64,000 nt of DNA from Saccostrea echinata (lineage: Eukaryota): assembly GCF_033153115.1 (NCBI RefSeq), contig NW_026889824.1, forward strand, positions 2,046,001 through 2,110,000, in the 5' to 3' direction. Every line of letters begins with the position of its first letter. The first letter of the stretch is position 1. A program made the translations under genes and the position numbers. The notes below the pieces were generated by a model. The model was not told the DNA's origin and did no database searches. It saw only the letters and a list, made by a program, of their open reading frames with translations. Of the stretch, positions 51,876-64,000 are shown piece after piece.

Positions 51876-53038
51876 CACATTGGCTAGGAAAAAAAGCAAA
51901 AATCAGTACAGTATTGAAAAGTTTACAGGGAGGGGGGTGTTGAATTTTAAACTACCTGATGATGCTTTCATATCAATATAACAAATGGCTTTGTTGTTCT
52001 TGAGCAGCAGATTTTTTCCCATATATTCATTTCTAAAAATTTGATCCCCCATTGTGGCCCCACCCTACCCCCGGGGGCCCTCATTTGAACAAATTTCATT
52101 CTACACTACCTAAAGATGCCTCCATATCAATTTGACTAATCATGGCTTTTCTGTTCTTGAGAAAAAGACTTTTTCCTATATATTCCTCTGTAAACTTTGA
52201 TCACCCATTGTGGCCCCAACCTATCCCCGGGGTAATGATTTGAACAAACTTGAATCTTCACTATCTGAGGATGCTTCCATATAAATATGACTCATCATGG
52301 CTTTACTGTTCTTAAGAAGAAGATTTTTAAAGATATTTTCCTATATATTTCTATGTAAAACTTTGATCCCCCATTGTGGCCCCACCCTACCCGCGGGGGT
52401 TATTATTTGAACAAATTTGAATCTTCACTACCTGAGGATGCTTCCATATAAATATGACAAATCATGGCTTTACTGTTTTTAAAGATATTTTCCTACATAT
52501 TTCTATGTAAAACTTTGATCCCCCATTGTGGTCCCACCCTACCCCCGGGGGTTATGATTTGAACAAATGTGAATCTTCACTACCTGAGGATGCTTCCATA
52601 TAAATATGACCAATCATGGCTTTACTGTTTTTAGGAAGAAGATTTTTAGAGATATTTTCCTGTATATATATCTATGTAAAACTTGGATCCCCGATTGTGG
52701 CCCCACCCTACCCCCGGGGGTCATGATTTGAACAAACTTGAATCTACACTACCTGAGGATGCTTCCACAAAAATATGACCAATCATGGCTATGCTGTTCT
52801 TAAGAAGAAGATTTTTAAAGATATTTTCCTATATATTTCTATGTAAAACTTTGATCCCCCATTGTGGCCCCACCCTACCCCGGGGGTCATGATTTGAACA
52901 AACTTGAATCTACACTACCTGAGGATGTTTCCACATAAGTTTCATCTTTCCTGGCCCAGTGGTTCTTGAGAAGAAGATTTTTAAATGATGCCATTATTTT
53001 TTCACTAATTCCTAATTATCTCCCCTTGAAAGAGGGCT

Positions 53039-53090
<52 letters not shown>

Positions 53091-53123
53091 GCAAGTTTGG
53101 TTGTATTTGGCCCAGTGGTTCTT

Positions 53124-53154
<31 letters not shown>

Positions 53155-53202
53155 ACAACAACAACAACGCCAACGACAACGCCGACGACAACAACGACGA
53201 CA

Positions 53203-53244
<42 letters not shown>

Positions 53245-53264
53245 TGGCTCAGGTGAGCTAAAAA
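51841..53264 (+). mobile_element. Non-autonomous Helentron-like element carrying ~6 copies of a 152-169-bp satellite (oyster Cg170/HindIII-like)
   Basis: 5' aacaagaggcccatgggccacatcgctcacctgagc. Motif cattgtggccccaccctacccc recurs at ~52047, 52205, 52369, 52521, 52690 and 52857. (caa/cga)n microsatellite; 3' hairpin gctcacttgagcc..ggctcaggtgagc followed by taaaaa. End fragments also occur at ~12165-12200 and ~18295-18330 (-). Confidence 0.85.
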
Positions 53265-53392
53265 GGGTTTTGACACTGTGACGTAACAAAATGACCTCTT
53301 AGAATTGTGCCAACTCTTTATATTCCTCTATTATCAGCATACAAACATTCTTAACTGTTGAGAAAATAAAACTTGGAACTCCCAAACCAATT

Positions 53393-56310
53393 TTATTCTC
53401 GATGATCACAGAAAAATTGAATGAAAACAGACTGATTTTGTAGTTCTGGAATTGTATACAAGTCATTCAAATCCCAGGACATGCGCACTGCATCACCATA
53501 GTTTTTACCATATTCCCATGGGGTATTATTGTTTACTCGGAGAGCCCCCGAACAGGGGTGAAAACCCGGAGAATTCTTGTCTCTGCTCCGACAGAAGGCC
53601 TGACATTTTCGTCCACACGAGTCATAAGCAGACAGAAGGACTTCTGTATCGTTCTGACCAGGACTTTTAAGTCCAATATAGGTGGTGGACTCGGTAAACG
53701 CCTGCCTCAGATCCACGATGACGTATTCGTCATAATTTCCCTGGTAATTAAGTCCGTTAGATCGAATGTGAATGCGACCAACTGTTCTATCCCCAGTGAC
53801 AGTTTTACATTTTTCTGATGATGGCATGAGTTCCTCTGAGAAGTATGGTTTGATTTCTTGATACTGTTCTGGATCGTAGATGTCGGCCTTGACGGAAGGC
53901 TTTCCATCAATGATTGCGTATGCTTTAAATTTACGGTGCTCAGGAGACCGTTTGTTAACAACACGAACAGGTATAAACACCCATTTTCGGGTATCTCCCT
54001 CATTGTCGATTTCGAAGGTATTCTGGCTGGAGAAAGAGACCCACGTATTGGAGCATTGCATCTGTTTGACCATTACCTGGTGGTAAGAGTTTGAAGAGGA
54101 CTTTGCATTAATTGTCACCCTGTCTTTAGTTGCTTCTCTCTTTTTACGCCCAAAAGGGAGGGGCATTCCTCCTAGCCGTGGACCAGCACCCATCACTCCA
54201 GGCACACCCCTCATTCGAGCTGCTCGTAGCTGTGCTGGAGGAGGACCCGAGGAGATCGGCAAGCACTGCGGGACACCGGTGGAAAGATCGCACGTCAGGT
54301 ACGGAGAACCACAGTTGGAGTTTTGGAAGGAACATGTCGGATGTGGCTGGTAAGTATATATTTGGGAGGTAAACATGTCGCTTATTCCAAATACATTTGG
54401 CAGGTTTCCAAATCCTGTAGGTGTAAAGGGGGCATGTGACTGTGGGCCGTAATTCTGAGGATAATCTTGGGTGGGGTCTATTCCCATGGCTCGCTGCTGC
54501 TGACGGAATATTTCCCAAACATAATCGACAAAGGCATGGTGAAGGTAAAAAACAGGATCAAAAGCAGACGTTTCCATAGGCTCCATCTGACCTCCGATCC
54601 ATGTATGTGCATCACCGTGGTAATTTTCAATGTTAAACTGGTCGGGAGCAGCGGGTTCTGTGATTTGCCCCATTCTTGTTCTGGTCAGTATGTTCCTTAT
54701 GGCTTGTCTTGAGAGCAGCTGACCATCCTGTCCTATATTTCTGATGAGTGGTCCATTAGGAGTTTGCCAGAAGGCGAATGGTCCATTTGTCACCAGACCA
54801 TCTCCGTTGCCGAGGAACTGTGGTGACCACGTGACGGATTGGGTAGGGTCAATCATCGCCTCATCCATTGTCGAATCCCAGTATGGTAAAGTAACACCAG
54901 GTACCATTTGTCTCAATGCATTCTCAAATCTAAAATCAAATAAAATTAAAAGCTAGTGAATTTTCTTGTAGAAATAATATATTTTACAAATTTATCGTTA
55001 CAAACGTAGAGGATTGCTACATAATACAACTGAATCATGAACTTACATGGTGATGAATATTCTATGCCAAGCTAAGAATGCTCCTCCATGGTGTATATTA
55101 TCAACCATTCGAAAGTGAACAAGTCCAAGTGCATCATATCGGTTAGGTCGAATAGTCTGGATAAAATTGTATGGAAAGAATATGTATTTAAATGAACATT
55201 AATTCAATCTTGTATGCCTGCATATGTAGATTTATTTGTCATTTCAAAACTGTCCATTTATAAAATTATAAATAAGGTTTGTTACGGAGATTGACTTACC
55301 GTATCCTGTTTGAGTAGTAGAATGGCTCTGTGGAAGTTGGCTCTCTCCTGCTCCGTCATCGTCCTATACTCCTTCCTTATCCTTAACTGAGGACGCTGTA
55401 CCTGAGGTATACCAGTAGGCTGTGCTGCGGACATGGTCGGAGACATCACTGTTGGCTGAGGTTGGAATGCGTTCACAGGCTGAAAATTTTGTTGCGTTTG
55501 TACAAATGCTGGCTGCTGGGGTTGCACAAATGTCGGCTGCTGGGGTTGCACAAATGATGACTGCTGGGATGAAGCAAAATTAACTGCCTGTGGTTGTTGG
55601 GGTGGAGCAAAATTAACTGCCTGCTGAGACTGTTGAACTACTGATTGTTGGGAAAATTGATTTTGAACAGGATTTGTCTGGATTTGAGAAGCTTGAGTCT
55701 GGATTGGTTGATTCTGTCCAGCTAGCGGTTGTTGTTGTACTGAACCTTGGAAAACTTGCTGCTGTGTCTGGACCACTGATTGTGATGGAGGCTGCGGATT
55801 CCCGCCGATGATTGGAAACGGCCTCGTTTGTCCGGGCTGAAACCTCTGGGCCTGGCTTGATCCAGTATGTTGATTAACAAATGACTGGAGAGTTTCTGAT
55901 TGGTATTCCGGCCCCTGTGAATTCTGTGTATTCGATGTTTGTGAATCTTCATCTGTAATGATGGGCTGTGGGGGGAATTGGACGTTAGGATACAGAGAGG
56001 GATTATCTGCTTGTCTTTTGTTTATGGAATGAAGGTCCAGCTTCATATCCACGTTTGACATTCTGAGTAGTTCATTAATCCAGCTGACCGTGTCCTGAGA
56101 TACGTTGGCGTGTTTGAACTTGTCACCTGTGAGTTTCATCCTGTGGCTGTTCATACACCACTTGTTCATGGCTTCCCAGCTGGCAGCACCTTGATTCTTT
56201 ATCCGCTGTTTTTCCAAACATTCTGTAAAGGACTCGGGTAAATCGATTTCCTCTATGTAAGCTCCCACTAATACTAACACTGTAAAGATGATGCATAAAT
56301 GCTTCTTCAT
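53393..56310 (-). CDS. Secreted tyrosinase-like protein (885 aa; exons 56310-55300, 55156-55047, 54929-53393)
   Basis: Signal peptide; RIRKEYR; CuA His in LVHF..IHHGGAFLAWHR; LPYWDS; CuB NYHGDAHTWIGG.M..SAFDPVFYLHHAFVDYVWE. Splice phases are compatible. Confidence 0.93.
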
Positions 56311-59300
56311 CTGAAAAACAAAAGATACTACTTATTGTGTAATGTAAGTAATTATACATATATATGTATTGCCTTTACACGAACAAAGTGTTTGTTTTTT
56401 TAAAACCTATAAAAATTAATACCTATATTGCAACACAATGGACCTGTCTGGGCATCACCCAAATCCAATCGAAATTTCGAAAAAGCTAACCGGGGTAGAG
56501 GGACGACTACTTCACTACATTTTGTGTACGTATTCCTGCAGATCAGGGTCTTTTTATACCTATACATGTTGATCACCTGACTTTTATGTATTATTGAGTA
56601 AGATTATCGTTTGACCTCTTTGCTGCCGGAGAGGAGGCTCCAGCAAGTCTTGTGAGATGCACAACTCTGTTGTCAATTTTGTAATATCTTGTTACTCAAA
56701 GAAAACACCGTGACCTTATCATTATGTTAATATTGCTGCCTTATTTTGTTACATACCGACGAGTAACAGTCAGTAAAGTATAATTATCATAATTTTTCTG
56801 AAGACACTACACTAATACCAGATTTTAGTTAAGTTTCATGGTGGTTTCATACATTCAAAATTTAGAAAATTAATATATTAAAACATTCATACCTGCTTTC
56901 GTTAGTGTGAAATAACACGATGAAAGAATTAAAACAGGAATATATAGGTACAAAATGATTAGCAAGTACATATTGCCAAAGGTGTACCCAAACACAGACG
57001 TGTACAGTGGCACACAATGTATGTAATATAGACAGTACTGAAGATTCGTTCACACCTACACTGTATGACGCACCTTTAATAAGATACTGATATGAATGAA
57101 TTGATAGATCTGAAATATTTACAGTCAAATGATGGAATTCATATGAGAAAACATCTGAATTGCAACTGTACACTTTTCATGTGAAATCAATGTAAAATTA
57201 TCTGACTTTACATGCGTGACTTTATTTAAGAAATTAACATAAGAATCATAACATAAGAATCATAAAGGTAAAGGGGATAGAACTTTCAAACAACACTTAA
57301 GATAATTTAATGCAAACATCTAGCATAATTTCAGGTAAATTGAAGAATGTTTCAAAACTAAGAAAAAGAACAAATACATGTACTTGAACTGTATAATTTA
57401 TCTAAAACTTTACCATTCATCTAGCGATTAGGATTCATCACAGAAGAAAATACTTTATTTTTTTTTTATTCATTTTGTAATATAATAAATTACTATAAGC
57501 AGCTTACGCGTTAAATTTTCCAAGATGTTTTCGATAACTTTTAATTTAATATAGCAAGAACGACATGCCAACAAATGGTCTGCACCTAATGAATAACACA
57601 AATTGACCTGCGAGTGCACCCAACACTGTCAATTACATGACAGGAACCACCACATGTGACGTCATATCCGTGTAACACTGATCCGCCGCTAGGAGCGGTT
57701 GCTGTTTGAAGTCACGTCTACACCGAGAAATCGGGTATATTACTCACCTGGTCTAAACCGTAAATAGCAAATCGAGTTTACAATTAACGATTCTTGAAGA
57801 TGGTACACAAGCTGCAATTATACTAGTTACCCCATGTAATTAATCTCATAGGATTAATTTCATCGTGTGTAAAGTGTTCATATGGAATGCTTATTCTTCC
57901 ATGCCACCTGATCCCCCCTTCTGCTTTCAGAGGTCCGTGTTTAATCACCGTGGTTTAATTGCTCTGCTCATAATTTGTAGTTTTTAATTCGACTTTCGAA
58001 TGAGATTGCTGTTTATTATCAATACATTTAATGCAACAGTTTAGAGAACACTGTACATGTATACATGTTATTATTGTCAATGCAGTCATTTAGCTATACT
58101 TGTACAATTATTTGAGTACAATTATTCACCTAACCGTATAGCGAGGTGAATATGTTATACTTCAAGAGTTAATAAATCATCGTTTTGACTGAAAAAGTAG
58201 CATTTGTTTTAATCATATGATACAACGATACAAACTCGTCACGATAATAAATAAATTAGATGTTAGTCAATGGTAGAAAATGTTCACCTTGAAGATCAGG
58301 AGCAGTTAAAACAAATATGGAAGTCTCGATCTATTTTTGGTCCAATGTAGGAAAAATAAATGATATTTATATATGTTCATCTGCTAGGTATCGTGCATGT
58401 ATAGTATGATTTCTGAAATTTTAATTTTGAATCTCCACCAGAGAGCAAGCCTAGGAATAATTCAGTCAAAAATCACCGTGTGAAATGTACCCAAAGGACA
58501 ATATCTGTCCCTGTCATGTCTGTTGAGTGACTTTTATCTGAACATTTAATGTGACATTTTGTTTACATATAATTACTTTTTGCAGATGCTTTTGCTAAAT
58601 TATTTAATTGTATATTAATATATTGTTATTAATTGTCATGTATATATGTTACATTCCATAAACAAATGCCGCTAGAACACATTCCCCCAACCGAACAGAT
58701 TTAATTAAGTTTTGGAGTCCAAATAAATTTGTAAAAAGAAAACCGAAGTATGTAATTTTCTCTTCGAACAATACATTTTTGGATTTAAAAATCGTTTTCT
58801 AAAGTGGAAATTGATCCAATTTATTCGAAGAAATCGATCAACTTAGAAAAAAGGGTCAGATATATAAATTATGCAGGCTATTTCGATACTGTGTTCTACA
58901 CAAATCTTTGAAAAATATCAGCAACAATTACCAAACACTTAATTGAGTATAGGGTTCTAACAACTGTTGTTTTTGTAATTTCTCAATAATGTGAAGCTAT
59001 TTGAAAAATAAATATATATATATATTTTTAAAAGTCCAGCTCTTTTGTGGGAGAAAGGAAATTTTAAGTTAGGGTTAATGTTTATTTGGAAGGCATAGAT
59101 GCAATTTAGTTGCAGTGTGTGTGTACAGAGTTGCATGAGACTGCCTGCAAGGGATGGAAGCGTAGCAAGTTATGTTCAATAAATCTGAATAGTTTTTGCT
59201 TTAATAATGCGCCCATTCAATCTATGCCATCCTTACTACCAGAAACATTCAAAGCTTGGTTTATAAGAAAGAACAAAAATACTTGATTAACTGTTACAGA

Positions 59301-60154
59301 AAAGAATCTTTGAAATCGTTCTAAAGATGACCTTAGGTCAATGCGGTGGGATTTCTGCGATAAGAATTTTTCATTGTTTATTTTTATTTTAATATAAATA
59401 TACTCAAACTTTTTCATAAGATGTTCCCTAACGACAAAGTCAATACATGTACCTAATAATCAAAATGTTTTTACTCAATCCAGAGCTTTACCTGCAGAAA
59501 TCTTTATTCCCTAATTCTTACGTCCTTTCCTTATAACCTCTGTTTTATTAGATAGAGTTCATATAGAGTTCATATGAAGACCTTAAATATTTGCAATATT
59601 CCGCAACGATTATTCTATAAGGACTTTTCACAACCATCCAATATGAAAGTTAATCCATTGGCTGACAAATATGCTATTTTCTTTATCTAACATCTCGATA
59701 CCTTTCATTCTTGACTTACTTATGCATGTAATATTTTTATCAGAATTGCCAACAACAGAGAGAATAAAGGGAATAGTGGATCTCCCTGACGACATCCACA
59801 GTTTCTAGAATATGCCCCACTTGGTTGAAACTGATGTAGTATTTTTGTTTAAAACAGTTTAACCTTTTTCTGTTAATAACTATATGAAAATCATATTCTT
59901 TGCTTCACTTACAAATCCTTGTTTATCACGAATGAAAGAATAAGAAAATAGTAATTTCTTCTGTTATTAATAAAAGATAGTATTTCAAAAATGATTAGCA
60001 CAAGGAGTTTACTATGCCTTGGGAATGTTTTGAAAAGATTAGTTGGAAACATGGCATACTTTTCATACATAATTAGATTCAGTAAGTAATGCAGCTATGA
60101 AAACACTTTTCTACAACACAAATATCTTGGAACAGTTGATGAAAGACTTTTCAT

Positions 60155-60446
60155 ACCGCGTGGCGCAGTGTTAGAGCGTCTGCTCTAGAGTCGCGGAGTA
60201 AGGAGTTGATCCTTACGTCGCGGGTTCGAATCCCATTGTGGGACGTTTAGACCGGTCCTTCGGATGAGACCGTATAAACCGAGGTAACGTGTCGCAGTAG
60301 GTGCTGGCACAAAAAAGATCCCTCACTGCTCAATGGCCCTAAGTGCCGAGCATTGGTCAAAATTTTCAGCTCTCCACCGGCAAAGTGGTGGCGTCTCCAT
60401 ATGAGTGAAAAATTCTCGAGAGGGACGTTAACAAACAAACAAACAA
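60155..60446 (+). mobile_element. Full-length tRNA-derived SINE (Deu/Nin-like central domain suspected)
   Basis: Box A tggcgcagtg, box B ggttcgaatcc, central ggatgagaccgtataaaccgagg..aaagatccc, and a (caaa)n tail. Confidence 0.85.
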
Positions 60447-60594
60447 GTTTTCTTATCTCTCATAAAGAAGAGTTACATGGCTATTTTTTCAATATTTCTT
60501 TCAATAAATCTAATTAGGAAACTTTAATTGTGTAAAAATGTAAAAATGGACCTTGGAAATGTTCCCAGAATTTTTTTTTAGTAACAAAACATTT

Positions 60595-61440
60595 GCAACA
60601 GTAAAAAACTGTGATTTATTTATTGAATAAAAGTGATATTCTCTCACAGTGTTAAAGGATACCAATTTAAAGTGATATTCTCTCACAGTGTGAAAGGATA
60701 TCAAAGTAAGTAAAAAATAATTTATAGCCTGGAATAAGATATAATTAACTTTACCATCTTGATAGAGACTTAAACTGCCAATTTCTCCCCATATACATGT
60801 ATGTTGCTAAAATGTTACAATGTTTTCAATCTCACAACTGTTAAGCTATGACGTCTCAACAGTAAACTGTGACGCCATTGTCTAAGACACTGTGTTTAGA
60901 AAAGACAGAGGCAAAGGGAAAATCAAAGAAAATATTATAAACAGAAATTCAATGTTTTGTAGCTGGATAAGGAATTAATTTCACTCGATCGTGAGACAGG
61001 ATTTTTTGATATTTTCACCCGTGCTTCGCACTTGTGAAAATATAACAAAAAAATCCTGTCCCACTCGTTAAATAAATTCCATATTCAACTACAAAACATT
61101 AAAAATCCTCTATTTATTACATTTTCAACAGTGAAATACTGCGATTTATTTATTGAATAAAAATGATATTCTCTCACAGTGTGAAAGGATACGAAAATGA
61201 TATTCTCTCACAGTGTGAAAGGATATCAAAGTCAGAATAAAAAATAACTCCTGGCCTGTCATAAGATGGAGATAGAGCTTAAACTGCAAATTTCTTCCCA
61301 AATATGTTGCTAAAATCCATGCTATGTAATGTTTTCAATCTCACAACTGCTAAGCTATGACCTCTCATCCACTCAACTATAACGTCAAGCCTATGACACT
61401 GTGTTAGGAAAAGACAGAGGGAAATGGAAAATCAAAAACA
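60595..61440. repeat. ~330-bp local direct duplication with an intervening foldback (~60935-61118)
   Basis: 60598-60930 resembles 61128-61440 (gatattctctcacagtgt.aaaggata x2; aaagacagagg..aaaatcaaa). The foldback aatgttttgtag..gtgcTTCgcac..ctacaaaacatt lies between them. Confidence 0.75.
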
Positions 61441-63871
61441 TTTTATTGTTTAAGTATTACATGTAACTAATTATCAAAGTGTTAATATTCGGTTTGTGTA
61501 TATATTCCCTTTTAAGTCGGAATTTTATATAAAACAACTACTCTTCCAGACCTCGTAACCTTGAACCCGACCTTTGACCTTTTAAAAAAATATATACACG
61601 ACACATTTTTTGGAACAGAGCTGCTTTACTTTCACATGATTCAAAAGAAATTTGAATTTTAAGTACTAGTATACGTACATGTATATATAATTGACTCTCT
61701 TGATCATTTAAATAGGGGTGGGTCCGAGATCACTCGGACATGCACAGCTTGCGCATGTTAAGTTTTGTTCTTGCAGAAGTTTTCATGTTTTAGCACCATT
61801 CAAGCCCCAAAATATTAATTGCCACCCTTTAAAAAAATCTACAGCATATAGTTTCGCTTGCGATTTAAAATAAAATAAAAGAAATAATAATAAAAATAAA
61901 ACAAATAACCCTCCTTTTTTCCTTAGAAAGGGATTTTTCATTTTTTTCTATATTCCCGTTTCCTACATTGAGAACATTTAAAACAAAATTGTCATTTTTA
62001 AAATCTTTCCGACCTTGCTCTAAGGTACGATATATTTTGAACAAACTTAAATCTGGACCAATTAAAAGATTTGAGTCGACTCCCTCAGCAGCAATCAGGT
62101 ACATGCAGCTATACTGATGCTCTCAAAAGTCTTTCTCCATGCTTTCATTTAGCTCTTACGGGTTAATGAGAGAAAGAGAGAGAATTTTACAGTAATAGAT
62201 GTTTAAGTTTGCCCCCCTAACTAGTTCTTTAAACCATGATCAAAATAAGCTTGTGTGTTTGGAACTCTTTGTGAATTTTTGTACATGTGTATATGCATAA
62301 AAATGCAGATTACATTTGTTCTTTTCTCCCAAATTAAATACATGTACCACATTTGATAATAATTTCAAAATTTAATCAATGACCGTATATTTCAAAGAAA
62401 AATAAAAAAAAGAAACTTAATATGACCGTCTCGAACTGTGAAAATAGATTTTACATGTTAGACCTTAATTTAAAGAATACCTATAGATGAAATAAAATTC
62501 CATTCCAGTGTTTTTTGAAATGAATTTTGTGTCGTATCAACATTTGGAAAATAATGATACCTCAAATATTTATAATTTAATCAAATAAATGTAAATAATT
62601 CATTTATAATTTGTTGAAATTTCTGTAAATTCTCTGTTGGTTTTGATGTTCACAGCAGCAATACTGTTAGTTAATTTATAACTTCCGGTTACTTTTTAAC
62701 ACAAAATGGTGAGGAACTCTACAGGGAAAACTGTTACAAATCATCACACTCGTGTTTTAACCTGTGATCTTCGTTGAGATACCCGATGTATAATTATGAC
62801 ATCTATTAGATAGGTTCCGATAATTATGTCAACTTGATTAACATACTAAATAAGATCCTCTGAAATACACCTCCCTGCGGCATGCCAAGAACAAGATCAT
62901 TTAGATTTCTAGTTCAACATTAGTTAATTCAAATCATATTCGATAAAATCAAATAAATATCTCTTTTGAACAATCTGATATTCTTTTATTAACAGTATAT
63001 ATGACACGGACAACGAATGATATTTATCCGTTTTAATGAGGCGCACTTTCAGCTGCTTAAAATCAGAATTAATCTTACTTAAATGTACCTTTTTTGATAA
63101 CTTCTACAAAAATCTCTAATAATAAACCCGCTTTATTTTGGTTAAAGAAAGTAAAATTAAATTACTTTTTTTTTTTTTAAATTTACATATCTGCGTTTTA
63201 GTAAACATTTCCAATTAATATTTATTTTTCTACAGCTATAATGTGTGTATCTTACCCTATCGGGTCGCTCTCTCAGAAGTTTGAAATTCCAACTTATACA
63301 TCCAAACAATTAAAATACAGGATAAAAGGACATTAAGAAGGTCCAGTAAAGCGACCAGCGCCTTAGTATAGCTACACACAGGGCATTATGGCGGACGTGC
63401 CCGAGTTGTCGCAGCTGACTCGGCATACCAAGCCCACAGATCGACAGGGTTACGTCGACGGTAAACATGTACTTCCGTGAATTAAGCAAAATTAACAGGT
63501 ACCTGAACCTCAGCCATTTTACCTATGTCCTAGCTTATTGCACAATTATTGCGTTTTGCGTTAAACCAAACCAAAGCAAACTGTCATGGTCTCTTTAATT
63601 CAACAGATTCCAAATATAAGATAATTTGGATATATATGCCACCTTATCAATTTTTCAGGAAGGATTATGAGAAATAGTAAGCATATACCCAAATTGACAA
63701 GGACTAAGTTATCCATGTGTATGTGCATTTTGTGAATGGTGAAACAAAATATCTGAATTGTATTTGTCCACTCTTGTCACTGTTTTTTTTCCATATAAAT
63801 GGAGAAGATCACTATATTTAAATTAGTCCACATTAAACGACAACAAAAAATTTTTCATTTATTTTCTTTGA

Positions 63872-64000
<129 letters not shown>

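Noticed and set aside
53071-53289. Cys/Arg-rich 72-aa ORF
   Set aside because: Antisense translation of the microsatellite and end of the Helentron-like element.
60155-60240. tRNA gene
   Set aside because: A and B boxes are present, but there is no convincing cloverleaf and the sequence runs into a SINE body and tail found in several copies.

Overview
AT-rich, intron-containing animal genomic DNA, most likely an oyster (Ostreidae). The assignment rests on a Cg170/HindIII-like ~166-bp satellite inside a Helentron-type element, a B-box/NHL TRIM-like gene, temptins and a mantle-type tyrosinase. Genes reconstructed by hand from splice sites and frame continuity: (1) intronless-CDS B-box/coiled-coil/NHL TRIM-like gene (-) plus a TE-interrupted pseudogene paralog; (2) two tandem 3-exon temptin-like secreted proteins (+); (3) a ~72-aa secreted atypical Kazal-like micro-gene (-) not recovered by the ORF track; (4) a 7-exon nicotinic-receptor-like Cys-loop subunit lacking the loop-C vicinal cysteines (-); (5) TFIIE-alpha (+) with a 30-bp tandem array built from its own exon end and splice donor; (6) an ankyrin-repeat/SOCS-box protein (+); (7) a secreted tyrosinase with a Q/P-rich linker (-); (8) the 3' end of an SDR/FabG-like gene at the right edge (-). 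Intergenic DNA is dense with non-autonomous TEs: tRNA-SINEs, Helentron-like elements, TTAA-, TA-, CWG- and 5-bp-TSD MITEs, Penelope-like 3' fragments and foldbacks. No prokaryote-style system is present. The best novelty candidates are the two-disulfide Kazal micro-gene, the splice-donor array in TFIIE-alpha, and the temptin/Kazal/non-canonical nAChR neighbourhood. All family assignments come from recalled motifs, not database searches.
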